Below, piece by piece: positions 13,047 to 25,495 of a stretch of 64,000 nucleotides of DNA. A program made the translations under genes and the position numbers. The stretch is from Basidiobolus meristosporus CBS 931.73 (Eukaryota; Fungi; Basidiobolomycota), in assembly GCA_002104905.1 (NCBI GenBank), contig MCFE01000167.1, positions 82,156 to 146,155 of the forward strand. Direction: 5' to 3'. Numbering within the stretch: the stretch's first letter is position 1; every line of letters begins with the position of its first letter. A model generated the notes under the pieces. It was not told where the DNA came from and searched no databases. It saw nothing but the letters and a program-made list of their open reading frames with translations.

Positions 13047-14487
13047 ATGGAAGCTGGGCCACAACCCGACGAGCCTTTGGCATGGTCCAATGTTGGCATT
13101 GCAACCGGTTTGCTTCTAATCAATGGTCAGTATAATTGTTGGAATATTGTAGCTTCGAGTATTAAACTCTCAGCGACACACATAGGCGCAATTTCCCTCT
13201 ACATGGGCCTTCGTTTGGAGAAGTCGCTTATCATAAGCGGTGTCCGCTCCGTAGTGCAGTTGACGTTGATGGGAATGATTCTTGAAGATGTATTCAAAAC
13301 CAAGAACCCGTTTATTATTTTCGGAATGGCAGGTTCATAAAGTTACCAGCATGTATTTTTGGCCACCGCAACTGAGGCATTTCTGGCATCTTCTAGGGGT
13401 TCTTGTACTTCTAGGCGCCTACGAAACCACGTTCAACAAAAGCAAGAGAAGACACTCTGGCATGGTGCGAAGCGATTCTTTATTTACATGCAGCGATTCG
13501 TTGACCTTTTTCTTTCTCATAGTTCATATCAGTTCTTATATCGATGTTCTGCAGCACGCTTCTCATCGGGCTGATCGGTAACCCATTTTGGCTGCTCAGT
13601 GCTGTACATTTCAGATATTAACCTCGCACTTAGGAAACGCATTTGCCATGAACGTTTCTCCCGTCTGGACTGCACATAAATTTATACCCACCTTGGGGAT
13701 GCTTTTGGGCAACTGCATGACCGGAATGGCTTTGGGGATAAGTTCCTGTCTAAACCAATTTTGGTACGTTCTTCGTATGTATCTCGGTATGGCCATATAC
13801 TCACCTGGCCACGTACAGCGATAACAAGGAGCGTCTAGAAATGTCTTTAGGACTCGGCGCATCAAGATGGGAGGCGGGTAGGCCTGTCGCAGTAGAAGCT
13901 ATTAGAGTAGCTATGCTGCCAACCATCAATTCCATGAGGTAACGAAGTAGGATCATACTGGCTAGATGTCCAATTGTACTGACCATCATGTTGAATATGC
14001 TTCGTTTACTAGTGTTATGGGATTGATCTCCATTCCAGGTCAGCATGTAGCGTAGCTTCTAGATGACTTCTGATTGTTGATCCAATGTTCCTAGGGATGA
14101 TGACTGGCCAAATCCTCGGAGGAGCCCCAGTTATGGATGCCGTTAAGTACCAGCAAATTATAATGTTTATGATTGCGGCCTCGACCTCTCTTGGAACCCT
14201 GGGCGCAGTGTTGGTAAGCAGCTTTTTTTGGCAGGCATGGATGGAAGCATTGTCCTCACTCTTGCGAATCACAGACTTGTATTTCTATCTGCCTAGACTC
14301 CGATCATCGTCTGCGACTAGACCGTATTTACAATGCTGGTCAGAGCTCGATATTTACTTGGGCCACGGTGAAAGACGTTTTCTCGAACTCCAAGCCCGCA
14401 TCCTCAGCGCCAGAAACCAGATCTTTGTTAGCCAAGGTTCGGAATTATGGCGGCGCCAGTAGGCATAGTTCTAGCACTTCGGTCTGA
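13047..14487 (+). CDS. UPF0014 / YbbM(FetB)-like membrane permease (multi-exon)
   Basis: Family motifs RSVVQLTLMG, FIPTLGMLLGN, FGASRWEA, AMLPTINSMSVMGLISIPGMMTGQILGG and AVKYQQIIMFMI, spread over short exons. Confidence 0.85.
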
Positions 14488-15757
14488 ATTTAGTTACCTG
14501 TGGAGCACAGCTATTACTATCAACAGCTACCATTCTCGTTGGCCGGATCTAGTATCAAGCGCTGTAGGTGCCCAACCCACATTCAATAAACCATGCTTCG
14601 ATAAACGCGTGCCAACTACCTCGGATTACTCGTTAGAAACTCTCATCATTATGTTAGTGGGAAATGATTGCCGAGTTCCAAGGTCAAGGCCACGATCCAT
14701 CTGTGTGTCACTCTAGAGACGTGGCGTGACAGGGATTCTGCACCGCTGGCGATGGAACTCAATGCCGTAGTATCTCTGGACATTGAATCATCCAGCAGGA
14801 TATTTAATGTACTATCAGTCATCTCGAAACCGCAGATGCTTTCATTAATGTGCCCCGTAAAGTACATGGCTACCCATATACGTGAAGATGACCTAGGTCT
14901 ACATCAGCTGTTTATGCAGTTCCCATACACAGCTAGTGCCCTGGTGTGGCATCCGAATCTGACTAGCTCAACGGAAAACAATAGGTCTCAAACATGGCTG
15001 TATCCTCCTGAGCAAATATGACACTGTACGTGTTTACTTCTCCTTATACCTTAGACCACAAGCGCTAAGTGTATTTGTATTGATTGCGGGTTTAAGGTTG
15101 GTCGGTGTAGACAAGCTCGCTTCCCACTCCTAATCCGCGGCTCTCCAATCAATCCATATCCGTAGTATGTATCATTTTCCGACCTCTTTAAGCCCTCATT
15201 CAGCCCACATCACCAATGCATCAATTTGTCGATGATTCTGCCAAGCTTTAGACACAAATAGATTATCCTTGATTCTTCAGGCTTGATCTTGGCTGGCCTA
15301 CCTACTTGATTCGAAGAGTCGCCTCCCCAGCGTTTCTAGAAAAGGCTTAACCATGAGGCGGATGCTCGTTGACTGTGCTGTTTTGCTTATTACTGATACA
15401 TCGCAGTTCACATGCCAAATTGACTGAATCCTGAGATCCTGGCCGTCCATGGGTGCTGTTTGCCGTGAAGGCGCGGTAGCGATTTACATGGTATGCATCA
15501 TATTTCGCCTGATTTCCTGCGCGATCACAAAGGTAGAGCTGAGGCTTCAGGCTGTTGACGCTCAACAGACGTACAGAAAGCCTTAATAGAAGGTGATCCC
15601 CTGCCTCGCAAGACAGCAATCAGTTTTATCTCATTTCCGGTCTCATTTTGGATTCTCATTACCTGTTCTTTATAGAAGCCTCACCCACCAAACATACAGA
15701 TATTAAATATGAATCAACCGCACGATGAATAGAACTCCTATTCACAAGGTTATATAA

Positions 15758-16636
15758 ATGATGATTAGTCACCTCGTAACGTCACAACAAAGCGATCACC
15801 TATACATATACATTATCCTTGGTGCTGCATGCCTCGTATTCTTTAAAAGTAAAAGACATCTGCCCAGCCCAGCCCCACCACATCCTTTCCCAGCCAGTCT
15901 TGTTTTCATCGGCGTTTTACTGCCTGCCATGCTCTATTATCCTCATGTCCCCATTGGCGATGGCCGGTTGCAGTTTAGCCAGCGCGCTCAGCAAGCGGTC
16001 ACGATCTTTTCCACATTTACCGCGCGAGTTATCAGCGGACTCTGGCACGAAGATCGACCCCCCGGCGATGCTCTTGCGAGTAAGTCTGCTGAGTACCCCG
16101 TTCAAAAGAACCATCTCTTTGAGATATTTTGCTCCAGAGTGCTTGCCTGGAGCAAGGCTTCGAAATTAACCGTGTATCTTAGTTTGAAATACATCCATCG
16201 GCTAAAAGTCTATCGGCCCGAGATCCAGGGGGCAAAAGGATCGGAGTATCGACTATTCGTGATCGCACTCTTGGTCGCCCAGAAAATGTTGGAGGATAAA
16301 TCGTTCAACAACAAAACCTGGGCGGTGATAACGGGGCTCACTGCTCGGGAGATCAGTGTCATGGAGAGAGAGTTTTTCCAGTGCTTAAATTGGGACATCC
16401 ACGTCTGCCATGTCGAGTTTGAATATTGGAGGGCGAGTTTGGAACAACAGTACGACTACTTCCACGCATACATGTCCCGATCTGAGTCGCGTATCGGCCT
16501 ACACCACATGCCACCATCCTTCTCCCATCCATATCACACGCACCCACCCGTTTACACAACGCTGCCGAGCACTACTCATCCCCATCCATATCAATACACA
16601 GTTTCGAAGCGGCGTCGGTTTTCCGCCATATATTAG
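15758..16636 (+). CDS. PHO85-type cyclin (Clg1/Pcl-like); the true start may be the ATG at 15929
   Basis: Cyclin box TVYLSLKYIHRLK...SEYRLFVIALLVAQKMLEDKSFNNKTWAVITGLTAREISVMEREF, followed by a His/Pro/Tyr-rich tail. Confidence 0.88.
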   Translation: MMISHLVTSQQSDHLYIYIILGAACLVFFKSKRHLPSPAPPHPFPASLVFIGVLLPAMLYYPHVPIGDGRLQFSQRAQQAVTIFSTFTARVISGLWHEDRPPGDALASKSAEYPVQKNHLFEIFCSRVLAWSKASKLTVYLSLKYIHRLKVYRPEIQGAKGSEYRLFVIALLVAQKMLEDKSFNNKTWAVITGLTAREISVMEREFFQCLNWDIHVCHVEFEYWRASLEQQYDYFHAYMSRSESRIGLHHMPPSFSHPYHTHPPVYTTLPSTTHPHPYQYTVSKRRRFSAIY

Positions 16637-19090
16637 AGTCCTACCAACATTCGCGATATCCCTGCGTTGCCCACATGCACGGTTAGCCCACCAAGTGGAC
16701 CTGACAGAACCATCATCAAGGTGTGATCCGTAGGCGCAACACGTCGCTACAGGCATCCTGATAATGAGGTAATTGCCTATCGCTTGACTCACTCTATCCC
16801 TAACGAACCATGGTGGGTCATCCACAACACCGTGCCTCCACTGCTAGTGGGGACGAGATCCCCAGCATCTGAACAATGGGCCCGTCTGTGGAAGGAACAC
16901 CCTCATCTTACACCCTGATCATTACATAAGCATGAGCACGGTAGGTTAAGGTGGACGGCACACAAGGATCCTGGCTGATGATGGCACGGCATGGATCCTA
17001 CGTTCCACAGGTGCTCGCATGTCTGTTTCCTCACTGCCTTAATTCTAAATCATAAATCATCCCAACACGGCATTCCAGTTTGTTGGAACCTATCGCATGT
17101 TGAATAGCTAAACCTGCTCTATCGAGAAATGATGTAGCTTAAAATGTCCTCGCCAGATTGGCGATTCCCTCCCCGGAATCCCACTTGGAAATATATTTGA
17201 TATTTGGGCGTCCCCATCATGAATACCGGTCCCTTTCTTGCATATGCAAGACGTAGTCCGATTATTCCACAAACTAGCCTGTCTGCTTGTTTAAGGGAAT
17301 TGTAATTACCTTTCCTCAGTTCGATATGGGTTATGCTGTGCCTTGGTTTCACCTGCCTCCATTCCCAAGGTGCCTGCTGAGATTTACCAGAGGTCCATAT
17401 TTGGCACGTGCCGCTCTGTAATCACGTGAGGGGGCCATTCGATATTTAGGACCACCCTTAGGGAGACGGTGGTATGCCTGCTGTCAATATGAGCTAACCA
17501 ATCTGGATATCACGGAGAAATTGATATGCTTTGATTGATTGAACGTTTTACCCAAGCATACAATCGAAAGGGGCGTAGTCTAACGGGCTTTAAGGAGAGC
17601 CGGATTCCTGACGGGTCCTAGGGAATACTACCAAAACGGCGAGAATAGGAAATCGCCAAATAAGGTTGGGGGCTTGAATGCCTTTCTGGACGTAGTTCTA
17701 TCTCCTTCAGCTGTCCGGGGCGAAAATCACCCTGATCTGGTGTCCTAGGCTTCGCCGGTTGAAGCGTGGGTCAGTGTCGGGTTCAGTCTATCCGAGATTC
17801 CACCCAGCGGCTGAACCAATAGGGGGACGGTTCTTGCATAGGTATTGCCTAAAACGGGTGCATCAAGGAATCGAAGTAGGGAGTGCGCTGTGCACTGGTT
17901 CCGTTTCGAAACCTCATTAATAAGCGTTCGAAATTGAATTCTGATTAATATGCTTGCAAGCACTCCACTTGGGTTTGGTGAGATTGGTGGTCATATGGTG
18001 GCTCATCAGACGCCCCTGTTCGATATGAACAGGCAGTAAATACCCGAGAGATTTACCAGGGTCTCGCGATTGCAGTGCCGTCGACTGCGTGCCCGGTTTT
18101 AGGCTTTGGAACATTGTCAGGCATCCATCAGATTATGCAAGAATTACTATCCCAAGTCCAAAACTTAGCAAAGTACTTGGAGTAGCGCTTCCGTCTACGC
18201 TTATTTTTAGCTTCATTGAATGGTTTACCCATCTACTTGCATGTTTCGATGATTCACCCTAGTTGTGGATGGAGATTTGGATTGGTAGACCGCTAAGGCA
18301 GCATCGTGGGTATGACGACACGATGACTGGGAGCCATGTCGATCGCAATCATGGATGGCCGGAGGGGAAGTCTCTGATGGTGTGCGAATGGCCGGGACCT
18401 CTAAGGAGCGAAGATGAATCTATGAGTTTATGTGGATTTAGGGCGTTAGCTTGTTCGTTCCCTGGGACTTCTGCATAATTTATGCAGGTAAACAAAGTAT
18501 CTAAGCCAATTGGGGTGGCTCATGGGTAACGGCAACCTGCAGTCGGTAATTATATTATGGACATATCATCAGAGAGGTCGGGATATCGAATCACCAGTCT
18601 GATCTGAAATCCAACCCCTGAGGGCCCGTTGAGCCAGCGTTTCCTCACTATCTTTGTTTGGAAGCGGATAAAATAAGACGGCAAAAATATAGAAACCAAG
18701 TCATATAAGATATTTGTCTAATTGTATCCTGGATTAGGGTTGATGAAATCTCAGCCTGTCCGCCTGTATTCCTGAAGCTCAATTCGGCTTGACCACATTT
18801 TATAGCTTTGTTTGATTCCACTTGTTCCCATTGCTTTTGCTCCCATTTCCCTATTTCCCCTTCTGACTGAATTAACCAGTGGCTGTTTATCCTTGGGCCA
18901 CCATAGCGCTAGAGAGCATTAAAAATCAACGTATTCGAAGGACTGTATAGACAGTTGGGAGTAAGGTTGACTATCTTTGTTGTCTGTGAAATAACTGGCC
19001 TAGAGTCCGCTTTTTTCTGCCTAAGTAGTGCCTGGCTCCACCGTCATTCCTTAGTCGCTTCTCACTTAGGAGGTATTTGCTTCTTTTGCC

Positions 19091-22050
19091 ATGCCAACTC
19101 ACTCTGCTTTGCGCTCACCCGATTCTAATGAGGACCTTGACCTCGTCGTAAGTTTCACTCTCTTCCCATATTATATATTATACCACTTTCATGCACCGCA
19201 AACTTATAAGCCCGCCACCTCATGGCATTATATCCTTTTAGATGGCCAGCGTCGAGCATTCCTATCAGTACGTTAAAGACATGACTGAGGGAAATCAGCT
19301 AGAACTGGCTTCGCTCTTGAATTTCTTTCGAAACCGGTGAATACCACACTCCGTACTTTTGCAAGCCATTTGTGAACTTACACCCAGGCACAGCTTAATT
19401 ATAGAAGAGCAGTATTGGAAGAGTCTTGACAAGCTAGCCAAGAGACAGGCCGAGCTGTTTCCATTGATGTAGTTATATCCTTTGTGCGGCTCTTCGTCAC
19501 GGTTACTGTACTAAGCCGTATTCCACGATTTGTATTTAGGACTGGCGGTACCAATTTGATGACCACTTGTCAACAAGCTTTCAGAGCTATCGTGTACGCT
19601 CACGAGGACCTGGCCACATTGCACAGGAGCATTGCCGAAAAGCTTGCGAAAGAGATAGTGGAGCGTCTAGCCATCATCAAGGTGATTCTCTGCGTAGGCC
19701 AACACATCTCTCCAAAGGAGAATTACTGATCGCAATTTAGGACAACCACCGATCGAAGGGTTCGCATATCAAATCCGTGTTGAAGTCGGCCAACAAGGAG
19801 TATCTAGAATACAGAACCCAAACTCTACCTAAAGTACGGTCTCTACGCCTAGAAAGCCAGACATTCACACTCACCCCTTTACCCCATACGGAACAGTTAC
19901 AGAAAACGTACATCTCGAAATGTGAATCGCTGAAAAACTCGTTCGGTAATGACGAAGAAAACTCGTCGAGACCAAACCAGACTCCACGCCATAAGCAAAC
20001 CAATTCCAAGGTATCTGTCGAATAGTGGATGTTCATTGTACTATACAGAGACTCACCGAGCCGCATAGAACTTTGCCAAGTACACCAAGGCGAAGAAGGA
20101 GCTGGACGACGCTGGTAAGTTGCTGCTTTGTGAGGATAGGGCTGGTTGGTCTGGGTGGAGGTTTATCGATTTTTGGATCGCAGACGAAGACTACCGTCGG
20201 GGAATCCAACAACTAGAGCGTGTAAGACAGAAGCATGCATTCCATACAAAGAACGCGTTCGAGGTACTTTTCGGTGGCTGATGTTTGCGAGAGTTTGTTG
20301 ATTCACACGGCGCTCTAGGATTCGAAGGATCTGGAATCTGAGCGTATCGAAGAAACCAAAGAGATTTTCCAGAAATACAGCAGTGCAGAGCAGGAGATGT
20401 GTAACGGAACTAACTTGGTAGGTGCACTATTGACGCAACAGAGTGAAGCTTTTGCCCACGGCCAGAGTTTGATAATGATCTGTTAGGTGCTGGATCAGAT
20501 ATATCCATATGTGGAATGCATCAAGCCCGAGGTTGATATACGTTTGTTCAGCGCATCTCGACAGCCACATGACTGTACACTGCCCCAGCCCGTGTACTAC
20601 AACAACTACTACGTTGGTGTAACCAAAGGTATCCATAAGTTTGCGTAGGTGGCTTTGTTTGGATATCTAACTCAGCAGCATGTAGATCTAATTTTTGGTG
20701 TGCCACTTACCGAGCACCATCGCCTGAAGAAACGTCACGTCCCATTGATTGTAGAGAAATGCATCGATTTCATTGATAATCATGGTCAGTAAGAGCGTGT
20801 GAAGTTGCATTGCTGTGATGGACTTCTCACCCCCTTTGCTCTCCAGGATTGAACAGAGAGGGAATCTATAGGGTCTCTGGAAAGCATTCTCAGGTTCAAC
20901 AGTTACGGCAGGCTTTTGAGAAGAACGAGGAGATCAGTCTAGAAGATGACACTAGCGTAGCCTCGGTGGCCAGTCTCCTCAAGACCTATATTCGAGAACT
21001 ACCTGAGCCACTGTTCCCTTTTCCTTTTGCTGAGCGTGTCGAGTATTCAAGTATGTGCACCAGTAGAGACCCATACCCTCCGATTCATTCACATTGATGC
21101 ATACATTCCGCTCCATAGAATACCCTGATGCAGAAGATAGACTCATAATACTCCGTCAAAAGTTGAGCGCCCTGCCCGACGCCCACCTCTATACTTTGTT
21201 AAACCTTGCTCGCCATCTTGCTCGGTCGGTCAATATCTACTTGTCATTGATGATGCCATCCGATCTAACATCAGGGCTTGTCTTTAGGGTAGCGCAGCAC
21301 TCAGATGCCAACAAAATGAACATTTCCAACGTCAGTCTGATCTTCACCCCGGTGATATTCCATGACGCTCCCGACTCTACGGGGGCAGGATCGCTTGCGG
21401 AGTGGCAATATGACATCGTGTTAGAAGATCTAGTCAACAATATTGATGGTATCTCTGATTCCGACGGACTTCTCAAAACGGAAGGACTCTCCTCTGGGGA
21501 TCGGTCGAGCCAGCTGTCCAGCCCAACTTCCCCGTGCCGCCATAGTCGAAGCTTGTCAGTTGAGGGGTATTTGATGCCGCTTGCTGAGCGCAATTATTCA
21601 ACGAATACTCTGGGTTCTGGATCCCCTGACGATAGCCTGTTCCCTGATCCGTCAATGGACACATTGAGCATCACAACCCGAGGCTCGCTATCGTCATTTG
21701 ATCTGCATTCAAGCCAAGATCACCAAATGTACTTATCACGCAATGGGGATTCCGAATCCCCACGAGTCACTATCCCTGATGTTAACTCAGGAGGGGTCAT
21801 TCCCACATCAAGCAATCATATGCCACCGTCATTACTGCCACCAATGCCGCCTCGTCCCAATGGTGCACCTGCATCGTCGATGTCTTCCCAACGTCCCTGG
21901 AACCTCTCCTCTCCTCGAGAAGAGGAGCGGTCGACGGAGTGCGTCGTGGAACCTGCCCCGGAATCCAAGTGGCCAAGCCTGACCATTCCTGCCCCTTCTC
22001 GGGCTCGTTCCATATCGCCCCACGGATTTCTCAAAAATCTGATTTCATAG
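19091..22050 (+). CDS. F-BAR/coiled-coil + RhoGAP protein (Rgd1-like; multi-exon; 3' end may extend to ~22081)
   Basis: RhoGAP motifs FGVPL...VPLIVEKCIDFI, EGIYRVSG, VASLLKTYIRELPEPL and NKMNISNVSLIFTP, with N-terminal helical exons and a Ser/Pro-rich tail. Confidence 0.87.
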
Positions 22051-25000
22051 AGCCTGCGACGCAAGCAACTCCGATCTCTAGTTTAATTTCAAGACGTGTA
22101 GCCGAATGAACCACCCTTCTCTCCACGTGTCCATCCAGATATCCCAACTGAAACTCGGTTCCCCTGGCCAACGAGCTCGCGTTCATTGGACATTCTCGCT
22201 CTCTGTATAATGGTTTCTCATCAGTACTACGTCTCCTCTCTATCTCCCCCGCTGGCCCCATCTATTATTAGCAAAGACTGCTGTGTTTCAAGCCAACCCT
22301 TAAGTGCGATGAATCCTGCGATTCGCGCCATTTTGAATTCTATAAAGATTCATTCAAATCCATCAAAGACCCAGCCAACCAAGTTTTCTCTATGCGGGAC
22401 TGGGTAATCGACACGTAGCTCGGTTCGGAGCAAGCGCGAAGATGCGACAGATTGGGGTCACGGGGTGACGATCTCCGGTGACAACGTATCTGGATGCTGA
22501 GCTGCCGAGATACTGGCCGGTTTCAAAGCAGGCAATTGGCTACCTGATGAAACAGCATGTTTCCAATTGATGCCCAGGTGTTGGAGAGGATTTCAGGATT
22601 CAGTAACAAACCACCCAAGGGAGCTGTACACAACACTGTAAAGGGATTCACACAAAAGCGACATCCCCGATTTCCAACCACTTCTCAAACGAGCCGTCGA
22701 GAAAGCCGATAAAAAGTCCCGCCACGACGGATTTCTAGGATCTGCCTACCTTCCCCCACCCTCTTCCCATCGTTTCCACTCCCTTGACGGGCGTACTTCC
22801 TGCTAAGCTCCTGCTTGACACTCTACCGGGACTCCATTCCTTGCTTCACAGTCGAATTTCCATCGCTCTCCGCTGAAATCCCATAGCCGGTCAGATTAGA
22901 TGACAAAATGAAATATCCTCGCTATTTAATGGCCCTCCTTGGGATTATCGGATATTCAAATCTGTGTGAGTGGGCCAGCGCAAGAAGTCATCAGACGTTT
23001 AGGAACTAACTGATCTCCAACCTATTTCTGCCTTGCGGGAAAATCTAGTGCACGCAAGCTCGAGTAATTCTACGGATGCTGGTCGTACGAGAAACTTGGC
23101 AGGAGTCGGGGACAGATGTGGCGGCAAAGACCTGAGATTATGGTAAGGATTTGATTAGGGTGGCAAAGGCTCCAATCGTTTTGACAGGTTTCAGTGCGGA
23201 AGGGTTAGGATGCGTAAGGCCGGGCCATAAGAGGGAGTTCTTCACTCAGGACGAAACGATGCCGGGCATATGCCGAAAACTCGGGGAGGTAAGTGACCAA
23301 TCGAACGCCGACGTATCAGGAGCTAGCCAAGGGTGCTAAACCAGAGCCATGCCATTTTAGGAGGGAACACGATGCAATCCGCACGCGCAGGGAAAAGCCA
23401 AATGCATGAACGCACTTTCCTGTTTCCCAAGACCGGCGAGCGGAAAAAACGTGGGCGTCTGTGTCAATCCGTATAACCGGTTGATCAAGATCAATTTGCC
23501 CGAATTGAACAAACCCCACGGTTCTCCAAACATAACCTTGCCGAGCTCAGCTCAAGTCGCTTCCGGGACATCCAAGCCCACAGGTACCAGAAGTCTGAGC
23601 ACTCTTACCCCTTCTGTCTCGGTATCTAGTAGCTCCTCCGAAGGAAAGGCCTCCAGGCCAACATCCATCTCCAACCCCTCCTCTTCCGTCACCCCAAGCT
23701 TGAATCAGCCATGTGGGGGGAAGCAACAGATCAAATGGTAAGAGATACAAGTTTAGGGCATCAGAAATGGAAACTAACCCCTTGGGAACTTCAGCGGCTT
23801 GGATTTGTTGTGTGTACATACAGGACCAAATGTAACCTCAACAAGTTTCGGAGTGTGTAGGAGAAAAGGAGAGGTAGTCTTTCGATGATCTCCCTCTTCT
23901 AGGGCAAGAAACTTACGAGTAAAATTTAGATCGGCACTCCCTGCATCTCTTCCGCAAACTGCGACGCAAGTCTATCTTGTCTCAGCAAGGGTCGTGATGG
24001 TGTGGCGGAGAAGACCTGCCAACCGAAGCTCCACCATGACCACTCCTCCTTGGGGCAACTCTGTGGAGGGATACAGAAGCTCAAATGGTAAGAATCACAC
24101 CATTATACCATTGCAAGTGATATGAAGGATTCTCGGGCTCTAACCAGAGATGAAACATTGACTCCGATGGATCTTCATGTAGTCAACCTGGGTTAGAATG
24201 TGTACGCGAAGAGGCTATAGCCCAGTCCGGAGAGCATGCCAAACGGACCAAGAAAATGGTGGGGGTTTGTAGGAGTCGTGGAGAGGTAAAGCCACCGAAA
24301 GAGCCCTGATACGACTGACAAGTTACTGACGTTTCTAAGATTGGCACGGTTTGCGGGCCGAAAATCCCGTGGACATGTGACCGTGGCCTAGTGTGCGATC
24401 TAACGACATTGAGTGACACTGGTCGATGCATCGAAGAAAAGGGTGCACCCCGCGCACTACCTAAGCCTGGCATTCGTACCCAGGCTGCCATTCAGCCTGG
24501 AAAGCTATCAAACCGCACGGTCATGAAGCCTTGCTCCCCCGCACAGCCATGGTTGGCTCATCATGTTCTAATACGAGTCAATTGTTTACTAATTCTTGTC
24601 CTATCAGTCAACCAGGATATATTTGTATGCAGGATGAAGGGAATCTGACTATGGGGCGTGGAGTTTGCCAAAAGGCCGGTACGGTAGGTACGTTACTCAA
24701 CAACTACCCACAAGTTCCCTTCCAGCATGTTTAACCGGCTATGTGTTGACCAGCTGGGCACACCATGCATCGTCAGATCAAAGCGCCTCCCGTGCGACTC
24801 GAGGCTGATCTGCTCCCGGACTCAAAACGAACTGACCGTGGACATAGGAATATGCCAAGAGAGACGGTCTGAAGCCCTGGTCAACAATGTATTTACGGGA
24901 GGGATAGGAAAATCAAATGTCCACCAAGCCAGTAATGTCAAAATCACCTTGGATTCCCACAAATTACATGAGGGACGTCAACTAGAGAAGTATGCAAGCA

Positions 25001-25495
25001 ATCTGCATCGTAGAATTTTCCCAAAGCGTTAAGTCCATTTCCCTGACCTCCCAGCCCGCGCCTTTTCTGGGAATGGAAACCAAGCGGAGACTGGCTTGAT
25101 GTGTTGCTACATGTTATATATACTCACACAGGTCAACTAGCATGGCGTGTAATAAATTTTTTCTTAGTAAGTGTAATAAATTTTTTCATTCATTCACATG
25201 GTTAAGCTCGGTCGATATTTATATATACGTGTAGTGCATGTAAAATCTGTGGCCGACTCCGATATATTAGGTAGGACAGGAGATCACTGGGTTTTAAGGT
25301 GAATCCTGCAACTTGGTTCGGAATGACCCACAGACTTACGGTAACAGAAGGTATGATATGCAAGTTAGGGAGCGCGCAGCTGAACAGCGAATTCAATCGA
25401 TCAAACTGAGGTATTCACAATAACTTCGATACATGCATAGGAAGTAGTGGACAGTCGAGTGGCCTGTCAAATAGAAACCTTTCTAAGGGATGCCT

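Noticed and set aside
14668-15021. 117-aa ORF downstream of the UPF0014 gene
   Set aside because: TTG start and no recognisable motif; cannot be supported as a gene.
25147-25187. 17-bp direct repeat GTGTAATAAATTTTTTC x2
   Set aside because: Only two AT-rich copies in a 3' intergenic region; not a CRISPR or element boundary.
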